Positions 26,950 to 42,900 of a DNA stretch of 64,000 nt are shown here, piece after piece. Within the stretch, counting starts at the first letter, position 1; each line of letters starts with the position of its first letter. The notes beneath the pieces are model-generated. The model did no database searches. It was given only the letters and a program-made list of their open reading frames with translations, and was not told the DNA's origin. The position numbers and the translations under genes are program-made. Source of the DNA: Auanema rhodensis (taxonomy: Eukaryota > Animalia > Nematoda). Location: contig OZ059896.1 of the NCBI GenBank assembly GCA_964057225.1, forward strand, positions 12,896,001-12,960,000. Reading direction: 5' to 3'.

Positions 26950-29700
26950 AGCATAAATTAAAGTTCACGTTAATTTCAAAGTCATGGTTACCATGCACCA
27001 ATATCAATAAAAATTTGTTCTTAGATTAATATGGACATGGGTAATCTAATTTTGAAAACCGCATTTCTTTATCTTTCACGGGAAGCGAGTTACATACCAT
27101 GTGCACATCACGTGTACAATTAATTAGCATAAATTAAAGTTCACGTTAATTGCAAAGTCATGGTTACCATGCACCAATATCAATAAATATTTGTTCTTAG
27201 ATTAATATGGACATGGGTAATCTAATTTTGAGAACCGCATTTCTTTATCTTTCACGGGAAGCGAGTTACATACCATGTGCACATCACGTGTACAATTAAT
27301 TAGCATAAATTAAAGTTCACGTAAAGTTCAAAGTCATGGTTACCATGTATCAATAAAAATTTGTTATTAGACTAATATAGACATGAGGAATCTAATTTTG
27401 AAAATCGCATCTCTTTATCTTTAACGGGAAGCGAGTTACATACCATGTGCACATCACGTGTACAATTAATTAGCATAAATTAAAGTTCACGTAAAGTTCA
27501 AAGTCATGGTTACCATGCACCAATATCAATAAAATTTTGTTCTTAGACTAATATGGACATGGGTAATCTAATTTTGAAAACCGCATTTCTTTATCTTTCA
27601 CGGGAAGCGAGTTACATACCATGTGCACATCACGTGTACAATTATTTAGCATAAATTAAAGTTCACGTAAAATTAAAAGTCATGGTTACCATGCACCAAT
27701 ATCAATAAAAATTTCTTATTAGGCTAAAATGGACATGAGGAATCTAATTTTGAGAACCGCATTTCTTTATCTTTCACGGGAAGCGAGTTACATACCATGT
27801 GCACATCACGTGTACAATTAATTAGCATAAATTAAAGTTCACGTAAAATTAAAAGTCATGGTTACCATGCACCAATATCAATAAAAATTTCTTATTAGGC
27901 TAAAATGGACATGAGGAATCTAATTTTGAGAACCGCATTTCTTTATCTTTCACGGGAAGCGAGTTACATACCATGTGCACATCACGTGTACAATTAATTA
28001 GCATAAATTAAAGTTAACGTAAAGTTCAAAGTCATGGTTACCATGCACCAATATCAATAAAATTTTGTTCTTAGACTAATATGGACATGGGTAATCTAAT
28101 TTTGAAAACCGCATTTCTTTATCTTTCACGGGAAGCGAGTTACATACCATGTGCACATCACGTGTACACTTAATTAGCATAAATTAAAGTTCACGTAAAC
28201 TTCAAAGTCATGGTTACCATTCACCAATATCAATAAAAATTTGTTTTTAGACTAATATGGACATGGGTAATCTAATTTTGAAAACCGCATCTCTTTATCT
28301 TTAACGGGAAGCGAGTTACATACCATGTGCACATCACGTGTACAATTAATTAGCATAAATTAAAGTTCACGTTAATTTCAAAGTCATGGTTACCATGCAC
28401 CAATATCAATAAAAATTTGTTCTTAGATTAATATGGACATGGGTAATCTAATTTTGAAAACCGCATTTCTTTATCTTTCACGGGAAGCGAGTTACATACC
28501 ATGTGCACATCACGTGTACAATTAATTAGCATAAATTAAAGTTCACGTTAATTTCAAAGTCATGGTTACCATGCACCAATATCAATAAAAATTTGTTCTT
28601 AGATTAATATGGACATGGGTAATCTAATTTTGAGAACCGCATTTCTTTATCTTTCACGGGAAGCGAGTTACATACCATGTGCACATCACGTGTACAATTA
28701 ATTAGCATAAATTAAAGTTCACGTTAATTTCAAAGTCATGGTTACCATGCACCAATATCAATAAAAATTTGTTCTTAGATTAATATGGACATGGGTAATC
28801 TAATTTTGAAAACCGCATTTCTTTATCTTTCACGGGAAGCGAGTTACATACCATGTGCACATCACGTGTACAATTAATTAGCATAAATTAAAGTTCACGT
28901 TAATTGCAAAGTCATGGTTACCATGCACCAATATCAATAAATATTTGTTCTTAGATTAATATGGACATGGGTAATCTAATTTTGAGAACCGCATTTCTTT
29001 ATCTTTCACGGGAAGCGAGTTACATACCATGTGCACATCACGTGTACAATTAATTAGCATAAATTAAAGTTCACGTAAAGTTCAAAGTCATGGTTACCAT
29101 GTATCAATAAAAATTTGTTATTAGACTAATATAGACATGAGGAATCTAATTTTGAAAATCGCATCTCTTTATCTTTAACGGGAAGCGAGTTACATACCAT
29201 GTGCACATCACGTGTACAATTAATTAGCATAAATTAAAGTTCACGTAAAGTTCAAAGTCATGGTTACCATGCACCAATATCAATAAAATTTTGTTCTTAG
29301 ACTAATATGGACATGGGTAATCTAATTTTGAAAACCGCATTTCTTTATCTTTCACGGGAAGCGAGTTACATACCATGTGCACATCACGTGTACAATTATT
29401 TAGCATAAATTAAAGTTCACGTAAAATTAAAAGTCATGGTTACCATGCACCAATATCAATAAAAATTTCTTATTAGGCTAAAATGGACATGAGGAATCTA
29501 ATTTTGAGAACCGCATTTCTTTATCTTTCACGGGAAGCGAGTTACATACCATGTGCACATCACGTGTACAATTAATTAGCATAAATTAAAGTTCACGTAA
29601 AATTAAAAGTCATGGTTACCATGCACCAATATCAATAAAAATTTCTTATTAGGCTAAAATGGACATGAGGAATCTAATTTTGAGAACCGCATTTCTTTAT
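26950..29700 (+). repeat. Partial duplication at 10-monomer spacing (1754 bp), with a further copy 4381 bp downstream
   Basis: TGCAAAG at 27151, 28905, 31532 and ATTATTTAG at 27641, 29395, 32022 give identical offsets of 1754 and 4381. Confidence 0.8.
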
Positions 29701-32700
29701 CTTTCACGGGAAGCGAATTACATACCATGTGCACATCACGTGTACAATTAATTAGCATAAATTAAAGTTCACGTAAATTTCAAAGTCATGGTTACCATTC
29801 ACCAATATCAATAAAAATTTGTTTTTAGACTAATATGGACATGGGTAATCTAATTTTGAAAACCGCATCTCTTTATCTTTAACGGGAAGCGAGTTACATA
29901 CCATGTGCACATCACGTGTACAATTAATTAGCATAAATTAAAGTTCACGTTAATTTCAAAGTCATGGTTACCATGCACCAATATCAATAAAAATTTGTTC
30001 TTAGATTAATATGGACATGGGTAATCTAATTTTGAAAACCGCATTTCTTTATCTTTCACGGGAAGCGAGTTACATACCATGTGCACATCACGTGTACAAT
30101 TAATTAGCATAAATTAAAGTTCACGTTAATTTCAAAGTCATGGTTACCATGCACCAATATCAATAAAAATTTGTTCTTAGATTAATATGGACATGGGTAA
30201 TCTAATTTTGAGAACCGCATTTCTTTATCTTTCACGGGAAGCGAGTTACATACCATGTGCACATCACGTGTACAATTAATTAGCATAAATTAAAGTTCAC
30301 GTAAAATTCAAAGTCATGGTTACCATGCACCAATATCAATAAAAATTTCTTATTAGGCTAAAATGGACATGAGGAATCTAATTTTGAAAACCGCATTTCT
30401 TTATCTTTCACGGGAAGCGAGTTACATACCATGTGCACATCACGTGTACAATTAATTAGCATAAATTAAAGTTCACGTTAATTTCAAAGTCATGGTTACC
30501 ATGCACCAATATCAATAAAATTTTGTTCTTAGACTAATATAGACATGAGGAATCTAACTTTGAAAATCGCATCTCTTTATCTTTAACGGGAAGCGAGTTA
30601 CATACGATGTGCACATCACGTGTACAATTAATTAGCATAAATTAAAGTTCACGTTAATTTCAAAGTCATGGTTACCATGCACCAATATCAATAAAATTTT
30701 GTTCTTAGACTAATATGGACATGGGTAATCTAATTTTGAAAACCGCATTTCTTTATCTTTCACGGGAAGCGAGTTACATACCATGTGCACATCACGTGTA
30801 CAATTAATTAGCATAAATTAAAGTTTACGTTAATTTCAAAGTCATATTACCATGCACCAATATCAATAAAACTTTGTTCTCAGACTAATATGGACATGGG
30901 TAATCTAATTTTGAAAACCGCATTTCTTTATCTTTCACGGGAAGCGAGTTACATACCATGTGCACATCACGTGTACAATTAATTAGCATAAATTAAAGTT
31001 CACGTAAAGTTCAAAGTCATGGTTATCATGTATCAATAAAAATTTGTTATTAGACTAATATAGACATGAGGAATCTAATTTCGAAAATCGCATCTCTTTA
31101 TCTTTAACGGGAAGCGAGTTACATACCATGTGCACATCACGTGTACAATTAATTAGCATAAATTAAAGTTCACGTAAACTTCAAAGTCCTGGTTACCATG
31201 CACCAATATCAATAAAACTTTGTTCTCAGACTAATATGGACATGGGTAATCTAATTTTGAGAACTGCATTTCTTTATTTTTCACGGGAAGCGAGTTACAT
31301 ACCATGTGCACATCACGTGTACAATTAATTAGCATAAATTAAAGTTCACGTTAATTTCAAAGTCATGGTTACCATGCACCAATATCAATAAAAATTTGTT
31401 CTTAGATTAATATGGACATGGGTAATCTAATTTTGAAAACCGCATTTCTTTATCTTTCACGGGAAGCGAGTTACATACCATGTGCACATCACGTGTACAA
31501 TTAATTAGCATAAATTAAAGTTCACGTTAATTGCAAAGTCATGGTTACCATGCACCAATATCAATAAAAATTTGTTCTTAGATTAATATGGACATGGGTA
31601 ATCTAATTTTGAGAACCGCATTTCTTTATCTTTCACGGGAAGCGAGTTACATACCATGTGCACATCACGTGTACAATTAATTAGCATAAATTAAAGTTCA
31701 CGTAAAGTTCAAAGTCATGGTTACCATGTATCAATAAAAATTTGTTATTAGACTAATATAGACATGAGGAATCTAATTTTGAAAATCGCATCTCTTTATC
31801 TTTAACGGGAAGCGAGTTACATACCATGTGCACATCACGTGTACAATTAATTAGCATAAATTAAAGTTCACGTAAAGTTCAAAGTCATGGTTACCATGCA
31901 CCAATATCAATAAAATTTTGTTCTTAGACTAATATGGACATGGGTAATCTAATTTTGAAAACCGCATTTCTTTATCTTTCACGGGAAGCGAGTTACATAC
32001 CATGTGCACATCACGTGTACAATTATTTAGCATAAATTAAAGTTCACGTAAAATTAAAAGTCATGGTTACCATGCACCAATATCAATAAAAATTTCTTAT
32101 TAGGCTAAAATGGACATGAGGAATCTAATTTTGAGAACCGCATTTCTTTATCTTTCACGGGAAGCGAGTTACATACCATGTGCACATCACGTGTACAATT
32201 AATTAGCATAAATTAAAGTTCACGTAAAATTAAAAGTCATGGTTACCATGCACCAATATCAATAAAAATTTCTTATTAGGCTAAAATGGACATGAGGAAT
32301 CTAATTTTGAGAACCGCATTTCTTTATCTTTCACGGGAAGCGAGTTACATACCATGTGCACATCACGTGTACAATTAATTAGCATAAATTAAAGTTAACG
32401 TAAAGTTCAAAGTCATGGTTACCATGCACCAATATCAATAAAATTTTGTTCTTAGACTAATATGGACATGGGTAATCTAATTTTGAAAACCGCATTTCTT
32501 TATCTTTCACGGGAAGCGAGTTACATACCATGTGCACATCACGTGTACACTTAATTAGCATAAATTAAAGTTCACGTAAACTTCAAAGTCATGGTTACCA
32601 TTCACCAATATCAATAAAAATTTGTTTTTAGACTAATATGGACATGGGTAATCTAATTTTGAAAACCGCATCTCTTTATCTTTAACGGGAAGCGAGTTAC

Positions 32701-35349
32701 ATACCATGTGCACATCACGTGTACAATTAATTAGCATAAATTAAAGTTCACGTTAATTTCAAAGTCATGGTTACCATGCACCAATATCAATAAAAATTTG
32801 TTCTTAGATTAATATGGACATGGGTAATCTAATTTTGAAAACCGCATTTCTTTATCTTTCACGGGAAGCGAGTTACATACCATGTGCACATCACGTGTAC
32901 AATTAATTAGCATAAATTAAAGTTCACGTAAAGTTCAAAGTCATGGTTACCATGTATCAATAAAAATTTGTTATTAGACTAATATAGACATGAGGAATCT
33001 AATTTTGAAAATCGCATCTCTTTATCTTTAACGGGAAGCGAGTTACATACCATGTGCACATCACGTGTACAATTAATTAGCATAAATTAAAGTTCACGTA
33101 AAGTTCAAAGTCATGGTTACCATGCACCAATATCAATAAAATTTTGTTCTTAGACTAATATGGACATGGGTAATCTAATTTTGAAAACCGCATTTCTTTA
33201 TCTTTCACGGGAAGCGAGTTACATACCATGTGCACATCACGTGTACAATTATTTAGCATAAATTAAAGTTCACGTAAAATTAAAAGTCATGGTTACCATG
33301 CACCAATATCAATAAAAATTTCTTATTAGGCTAAAATGGACATGAGGAATCTAATTTTGAGAACCGCATTTCTTTATCTTTCACGGGAAGCGAGTTACAT
33401 ACCATGTGCACATCACGTGTACAATTAATTAGCATAAATTAAAGTTCACGTAAATTTCAAAGTCATGGTTACCATTCACCAATATCAATAAAAATTTGTT
33501 TTTAGACTAATATGGACATGGGTAATCTAATTTTGAAAACCGCATCTCTTTATCTTTAACGGGAAGCGAGTTACATACCATGTGCACATCACGTGTACAA
33601 TTAATTAGCATAAATTAAAGTTCACGTAAAGTTCAAAGTCATGGTTACCATGCACCAATATCAATAAAATTTTGTTCTTAGACTAATATGGACATGGGTA
33701 ATCTAATTTTGAAAACCGCATTTCTTTATCTTTCACGGGAAGCGAGTTACATACCATGTGCACATCACGTGTACAATTAATTAGCATAAATTAAAGTTCA
33801 CGTAAAATTAAAAGTCATGGTTACCATGCACCAATATCAATAAAAATTTCTTATTAGGCTAAAATGGACATGAGGAATCTAATTTTGAGAACCGCATTTC
33901 TTTATCTTTCACGGGAAGCGAATTACATACCATGTGCACATCACGTGTACAATTAATTAGCATAAATTAAAGTTCACGTAAATTTCAAAGTCATGGTTAC
34001 CATTCACCAATATCAATAAAAATTTGTTTTTAGACTAATATGGACATGGGTAATCTAATTTTGAAAACCGCATCTCTTTATCTTTAACGGGAAGCGAGTT
34101 ACATACCATGTGCACATCACGTGTACAATTAATTAGCATAAATTAAAGTTCACGTTAATTTCAAAGTCATGGTTACCATGCACCAATATCAATAAAAATT
34201 TGTTCTTAGATTAATATGGACATGGGTAATCTAATTTTGAAAACCGCATTTCTTTATCTTTCACGGGAAGCGAGTTACATACCATGTGCACATCACGTGT
34301 ACAATTAATTAGCATAAATTAAAGTTCACGTTAATTTCAAAGTCATGGTTACCATGCACCAATATCAATAAAAATTTGTTCTTAGATTAATATGGACATG
34401 GGTAATCTAATTTTGAGAACCGCATTTCTTTATCTTTCACGGGAAGCGAGTTACATACCATGTGCACATCACGTGTACAATTAATTAGCATAAATTAAAG
34501 TTCACGTAAATTTCAAAGTCATGGTTACCATTCACCAATATCAATAAAAATTTGTTTTTAGACTAATATGGACATGGGTAATCTAATTTTGAAAACCGCA
34601 TTTCTTTATCTTTCACGGGAAGCGAGTTACATACCATGTGCACATCACGTGTACAATTAATTAGCATAAATTAAAGTTCACGTAAATTTCAAAGTCATGG
34701 TTACCATGCACCAATATCAATAAAAATTTCTTATTAGGCTAAAATGGACATGAGGAATCTAATTTTGAAAACCGCATTTCTTTATCTTTCACGGGAAGCG
34801 AGTTACATACCATGTGCACATCACGTGTACAATTAATTAGCATAAATTAAAGTTCACGTTAATTTCAAAGTCATGGTTACCATGCACCAATATCAATAAA
34901 ATTTTGTTCTTAGACTAATATAGACATGAGGAATCTAATTTTGAAAACCGCATTTCTTTATCTTTCACGGGAAGCGAGTTACATACCATGTGCACATCAC
35001 GTGTACAATTAATTAGCATAAATTAAAGTTCACGTAAAATTAAAAGTCATGGTTACCATGCACCAATATCAATAAAAATTTCTTATTAGGCTAAAATGGA
35101 CATGAGGAATCTAATTTTGAGAACCGCATTTCTTTATCTTTCACGGGAAGCGAATTACATACCATGTGCACATCACGTGTACAATTAATTAGCATAAATT
35201 AAAGTTCACGTTAATTTCAAAGTCATGGTTACCATGCACCAATATCAATAAAATTTTGTTCTTAGACTAATATAGACATGAGGAATCTAATTTTGAAAAC
35301 CGCATTTCTTTATCTTTCACGGGAAGCGAGTTACATACCATGTGCACAT

Positions 35350-38300
35350 CACGTGTACAATTAATTAGCATAAATTAAAGTTCACGTAAAATTAAAAGTC
35401 ATGGTTACCATGCACCAATATCAATAAAAATTTCTTATTAGGCTAAAATGGACATGAGGAATCTAATTTTGAGAACCGCATTTCTTTATCTTTCACGGGA
35501 AGCGAATTACATACCATGTGCACATCACGTGTACAATTAATTAGCATAAATTAAAGTTCACGTAAATTTCAAAGTCATGGTTACCATTCACCAATATCAA
35601 TAAAAATTTGTTTTTAGACTAATATGGACATGGGTAATCTAATTTTGAAAACCGCATCTCTTTATCTTTAACGGGAAGCGAGTTACATACCATGTGCACA
35701 TCACGTGTACAATTAATTAGCATAAATTAAAGTTCACGTTAATTTCAAAGTCATGGTTACCATGCACCAATATCAATAAAAATTTGTTCTTAGATTAATA
35801 TGGACATGGGTAATCTAATTTTGAAAACCGCATTTCTTTATCTTTCACGGGAAGCGAGTTACATACCATGTGCACATCACGTGTACAATTAATTAGCATA
35901 AATTAAAGTTCACGTTAATTTCAAAGTCATGGTTACCATGCACCAATATCAATAAAAATTTGTTCTTAGATTAATATGGACATGGGTAATCTAATTTTGA
36001 GAACCGCATTTCTTTATCTTTCACGGGAAGCGAGTTACATACCATGTGCACATCACGTGTACAATTAATTAGCATAAATTAAAGTTCACGTAAAATTCAA
36101 AGTCATGGTTACCATGCACCAATATCAATAAAAATTTCTTATTAGGCTAAAATGGACATGAGGAATCTAATTTTGAAAACCGCATTTCTTCATCTTTCAC
36201 GGGAAGCGAGTTACATACCATGTGCACATCACGTGTACAATTAATTAGCATAAATTAAAGTTCACGTTAATTTCAAAGTCATGGTTACCATGCACCAATA
36301 TCAATAAAATTTTGTTCTTAGACTAATATAGACATGAGGAATCTAACTTTGAAAATCGCATCTCTTTATCTTTAACGGGAAGCGAGTTACATACGATGTG
36401 CACATCACGTGTACAATTAATTAGCATAAATTAAAGTTCACGTTAATTTCAAAGTCATGGTTACCATGCACCAATATCAATAAAATTTTGTTCTTAGACT
36501 AATATGGACATGGGTAATCTAATTTTGAAAACCGCATTTCTTTATCTTTCACGGGAAGCGAGTTACATACCATGTGCACATCACGTGTACAATTAATTAG
36601 CATAAATTAAAGTTTACGTTAATTTCAAAGTCATATTACCATGCACCAATATCAATAAAACTTTGTTCTCAGACTAATATGGACATGGGTAATCTAATTT
36701 TGAAAACCGCATTTCTTTATCTTTCACGGGAAGCGAGTTACATACCATGTGCACATCACGTGTACAATTAATTAGCATAAATTAAAGTTCACGTAAAATT
36801 AAAAGTCATGGTTACCATGCACCAATATCAATAAAAATTTCTTATTAGGCTAAAATGGACATGAGGAATCTAATTTTGAGAACCGCATTTCTTTATCTTT
36901 CACGGGAAGCGAATTACATACCATGTGCACATCACGTGTACAATTAATTAGCATAAATTAAAGTTCACGTAAATTTCAAAGTCATGGTTACCATTCACCA
37001 ATATCAATAAAAATTTGTTTTTAGACTAATATGGACATGGGTAATCTAATTTTGAAAACCGCATCTCTTTATCTTTAACGGGAAGCGAGTTACATACCAT
37101 GTGCACATCACGTGTACAATTAATTAGCATAAATTAAAGTTCACGTTAATTTCAAAGTCATGGTTACCATGCACCAATATCAATAAAAATTTGTTCTTAG
37201 ATTAATATGGACATGGGTAATCTAATTTTGAAAACCGCATTTCTTTATCTTTCACGGGAAGCGAGTTACATACCATGTGCACATCACGTGTACAATTAAT
37301 TAGCATAAATTAAAGTTCACGTTAATTTCAAAGTCATGGTTACCATGCACCAATATCAATAAAAATTTGTTCTTAGATTAATATGGACATGGGTAATCTA
37401 ATTTTGAGAACCGCATTTCTTTATCTTTCACGGGAAGCGAGTTACATACCATGTGCACATCACGTGTACAATTAATTAGCATAAATTAAAGTTCACGTAA
37501 AATTCAAAGTCATGGTTACCATGCACCAATATCAATAAAAATTTCTTATTAGGCTAAAATGGACATGAGGAATCTAATTTTGAAAACCGCATTTCTTTAT
37601 CTTTCACGGGAAGCGAGTTACATACCATGTGCACATCACGTGTACAATTAATTAGCATAAATTAAAGTTCACGTTAATTTCAAAGTCATGGTTACCATGC
37701 ACCAATATCAATAAAATTTTGTTCTTAGACTAATATAGACATGAGGAATCTAACTTTGAAAATCGCATCTCTTTATCTTTAACGGGAAGCGAGTTACATA
37801 CGATGTGCACATCACGTGTACAATTAATTAGCATAAATTAAAGTTCACGTTAATTTCAAAGTCATGGTTACCATGCACCAATATCAATAAAATTTTGTTC
37901 TTAGACTAATATGGACATGGGTAATCTAATTTTGAAAACCGCATTTCTTTATCTTTCACGGGAAGCGAGTTACATACCATGTGCACATCACGTGTACAAT
38001 TAATTAGCATAAATTAAAGTTTACGTTAATTTCAAAGTCATATTACCATGCACCAATATCAATAAAACTTTGTTCTCAGACTAATATGGACATGGGTAAT
38101 CTAATTTTGAAAACCGCATTTCTTTATCTTTCACGGGAAGCGAGTTACATACCATGTGCACATCACGTGTACAATTAATTAGCATAAATTAAAGTTCACG
38201 TAAAGTTCAAAGTCATGGTTATCATGTATCAATAAAAATTTGTTATTAGACTAATATAGACATGAGGAATCTAATTTCGAAAATCGCATCTCTTTATCTT

Positions 38301-39950
38301 TAACGGGAAGCGAGTTACATACCATGTGCACATCACGTGTACAATTAATTAGCATAAATTAAAGTTCACGTAAACTTCAAAGTCCTGGTTACCATGCACC
38401 AATATCAATAAAACTTTGTTCTCAGACTAATATGGACATGGGTAATCTAATTTTGAGAACTGCATTTCTTTATTTTTCACGGGAAGCGAGTTACATACCA
38501 TGTGCACATCACGTGTACAATTAATTAGCATAAATTAAAGTTCACGTAAAGTTCAAAGTCATGGTTATCATGTATCAATAAAAATTTGTTATTAGACTAA
38601 TATAGACATGGGTAATCTAATTTTGAAAACCGCATTTCTTTATCTTTCACGGGAAGCGAGTTACATACCATGTGCACATCACGTGTACAATTAATTAGCA
38701 TAAATTAAAGTTCACGTAAAATTCAAAGTCATGGTTACCATGCACCAATATCAATAAAAATTTGTTCTTAGATTAATATGGACATGGGTAATCTAATTTT
38801 GAGAACCGCATTTCTTTATCTTTCACGGGAAGCGAGTTACATACCATGTGCACATCACGTGTACAATTAATTAGCATAAATTAAAGTTCACGTAAAATTC
38901 AAAGTCATGGTTACCATGCACCAATATCAATAAAAATTTCTTATTAGGCTAAAATGGACATGAGGAATCTAATTTTGAAAACCGCATTTCTTTATCTTTC
39001 ACGGGAAGCGAGTTACATACCATGTGCACATCACGTGTACAATTAATTAGCATAAATTAAAGTTCACGTTAATTTCAAAGTCATGGTTACCATGCACCAA
39101 TATCAATAAAATTTTGTTCTTAGACTAATATAGACATGAGGAATCTAACTTTGAAAATCGCATCTCTTTATCTTTAACGGGAAGCGAGTTACATACGATG
39201 TGCACATCACGTGTACAATTAATTAGCATAAATTAAAGTTCACGTTAATTTCAAAGTCATGGTTACCATGCACCAATATCAATAAAATTTTGTTCTTAGA
39301 CTAATATGGACATGGGTAATCTAATTTTGAAAACCGCATTTCTTTATCTTTCACGGGAAGCGAGTTACATACCATGTGCACATCACGTGTACAATTAATT
39401 AGCATAAATTAAAGTTTACGTTAATTTCAAAGTCATATTACCATGCACCAATATCAATAAAACTTTGTTCTCAGACTAATATGGACATGGGTAATCTAAT
39501 TTTGAAAACCGCATTTCTTTATCTTTCACGGGAAGCGAGTTACATACCATGTGCACATCACGTGTACAATTAATTAGCATAAATTAAAGTTCACGTAAAG
39601 TTCAAAGTCATGGTTATCATGTATCAATAAAAATTTGTTATTAGACTAATATAGACATGAGGAATCTAATTTCGAAAATCGCATCTCTTTATCTTTAACG
39701 GGAAGCGAGTTACATACCATGTGCACATCACGTGTACAATTAATTAGCATAAATTAAAGTTCACGTAAACTTCAAAGTCCTGGTTACCATGCACCAATAT
39801 CAATAAAACTTTGTTCTCAGACTAATATGGACATGGGTAATCTAATTTTGAGAACTGCATTTCTTTATTTTTCACGGGAAGCGAGTTACATACCATGTGC
39901 ACATCACGTGTACAATTAATTAGCATAAATTAAAGTTCACGTAAAGTTCA
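35350..39950 (+). repeat. 8-monomer HOR, about 3 copies (periods 1407 and 1395 bp)
   Basis: CGATGTG at 36394, 37801, 39196; GAATTAC at 35504 and 36911 (offset 1407 = 7x176+175). Confidence 0.82.
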
Positions 39951-42900
39951 AAGTCATGGTTACCATGTAACAATAAAAATTTGTTATTAGACTAATATAG
40001 ACATGAGGAATCTAATTTCGAAAATCGCATCTCTTTATCTTTCACGGGAAGCGAGTTACATACCATGTGCACATCACGTGTACAATTAATTAGCATAAAT
40101 TAAAGTTCACGTAAAATTCAAAGTCATGGTTACCATGCACCAATATCAATAAAAATTTGTTCTTAGACTAATATGGACATGGGTAATCTAATTTTGAAAA
40201 CCGCATCTCTTTATCTTTAACGGGAAGCGAGTTACATACCATGTGCACATCACGTGTACAATTAATTAGCATAAATTAAAGTTCACGTTAATTTCAAAGT
40301 CATGGTTACCATGCACCAATATCAATAAAAATTTGTTCTTAGATTAATATGGACATGGGTAATCTAATTTTGAAAACCGCATTTCTTTATCTTTCACGGG
40401 AAGCGAGTTACATACCATGTGCACATCACGTGTACAATTAATTAGCATAAATTAAAGTTCACGTAAACTTCAAAGTCATGGTTACCATGCACCAATATCA
40501 ATAAAAATTTCTTATTAGGCTAAAATGGACATGAGGAATCTAATTTTGAGAACCGCATTTCTTTATCTTTCACGGGAAGCGAGTTACATACCATGTGCAC
40601 ATCACGTGTACAATTAATTAGCATAAATTAAAGTTCACGTAAATTTCAAAGTCATGGTTACCATGCACCAATATCAATAAAATTTTGTTTTTAGACTAAT
40701 ATGGACATGGGTAATCTAATTTTGAAAACCGCATCTCTTTATCTTTAACGGGAAGCGAGTTACATACCATGTGCACATCACGTGTACAATTAATTAGCAT
40801 AAATTAAAGTTCACGTTAATTTCAAAGTCATGGTTACCATGCACCAATATCAATAAAAATTTGTTCTTAGATTAATATGGACATGGGTAATCTAATTTTG
40901 AAAACCGCATTTCTTTATCTTTCACGGGAAGCGAGTTACATACCATGTGCACATCACGTGTACAATTAATTAGCATAAATTAAAGTTCACGTTAATTTCA
41001 AAGTCATGGTTACCATGCACCAATATCAATAAAAATTTGTTCTTAGATTAATATGGACATGGGTAATCTAATTTTGAGAACCGCATTTCTTTATCTTTCA
41101 CGGGAAGCGAGTTACATACCATGTGCACATCACGTGTACAATTAATTAGCATAAATTAAAGTTCACGTAAAGTTCAAAGTCATGGTTACCATGTATCAAT
41201 AAAAATTTGTTATTAGACTAATATAGACATGAGGAATCTAATTTTGAAAATCGCATCTCTTAATCTTTAACGGGAAGCGAGTTACATACCATGTGCACAT
41301 CACGTGTACAATTAATTAGCATAAATTAAAGTTCACGTAAAGTTCAAAGTCATGGTTACCATGCACCAATATCAATAAAAATTTCTTATTAGGCTAAAAT
41401 GGACATGAGGAATCTAATTTTGAGAACCGCATTTCTTTATCTTTCACGGGAAGCGAGTTACATACCATGTGCACATCACGTGTACAATTAATTAGCATAA
41501 ATTAAAGTTCACGTAAATTTCAAAGTCATGGTTACCATTCACCAATATCAATAAAAATTTGTTTTTAGACTAATATGGACATGGGTAATCTAATTTTGAA
41601 AACCGCATTTCTTTATCTTTCACGGGAAGCGAGTTATATACCATGTGCACATTACGTGTACATTCAATTAGCATAAATTAAAGTTCACGTAAATTTCAAA
41701 GTTATGATTACCATGAACCAATTTCGATTAAAATTTGTTCTTAGATTAATATGGACATGGGTAATCTAATTTTGAGAACCGCATTTCTTTATCTTTCACG
41801 GGAAGCGAGTTACATACCATGTGCACATCACGTGTACAATTATTTAGCATAAATTAAAGTTCACGTAAAATTAAAAGTCATGGTTACCATGCACCAATAT
41901 CAATAAAAATTTCTTATTAGGCTAAAATGGACATGAGGAATCTAATTTTGAGAACCGCATTTCTTTATCTTTCACGGGAAGCGAGTTACATACCATGTGC
42001 ACATCACGTGTACAATTAATTAGCATAAATTAAAGTTCACGTAAATTTCAAAGTCATGGTTACCATTCACCAATATCAATAAAAATTTGTTTTTAGACTA
42101 ATATGGACATGGGTAATCTAATTTTGAAAACCGCATCTCTTTATCTTTAACGGGAAGCGAGTTACATACCATGTGCACATCACGTGTACAATTAATTAGC
42201 ATAAATTAAAGTTCACGTTAATTTCAAAGTCATGGTTACCATGCACCAATATCAATAAAAATTTGTTCTTAGATTAATATGGACATGGGTAATCTAATTT
42301 TGAAAACCGCATTTCTTTATCTTTCACGGGAAGCGAGTTACATACCATGTGCACATCACGTGTACAATTAATTAGCATAAATTAAAGTTCACGTTAATTT
42401 CAAAGTCATGGTTACCATGCACCAATATCAATAAAAATTTGTTCTTAGATTAATATGGACATGGGTAATCTAATTTTGAGAACCGCATTTCTTTATCTTT
42501 CACGGGAAGCGAGTTACATACCATGTGCACATCACGTGTACAATTAATTAGCATAAATTAAAGTTCACGTAAATTTCAAAGTCATGGTTACCATGTATCA
42601 ATGAAAATTTGTTATTAGACTAATATAGACATGAGGAATCTAACTTTGAAAATCGCATCTCTTTATCTTTAACGGGAAGCGAGTTACATACGATGTGCAC
42701 ATCACGTGTACAATTAATTAGCATAAATTAAAGTTCACGTTAATTTCAAAGTCATGGTTATCATGCACCAATATCAATAAAATTTTGTTCTTAGACTAAT
42801 ATGGACATGGGTAATCTAATTTCGAAAACCGCATTTCTTTATCTTTCACGGGAAGCGAGTTACATACCATGTGCACATCACGTGTACAATTAATTAGCAT

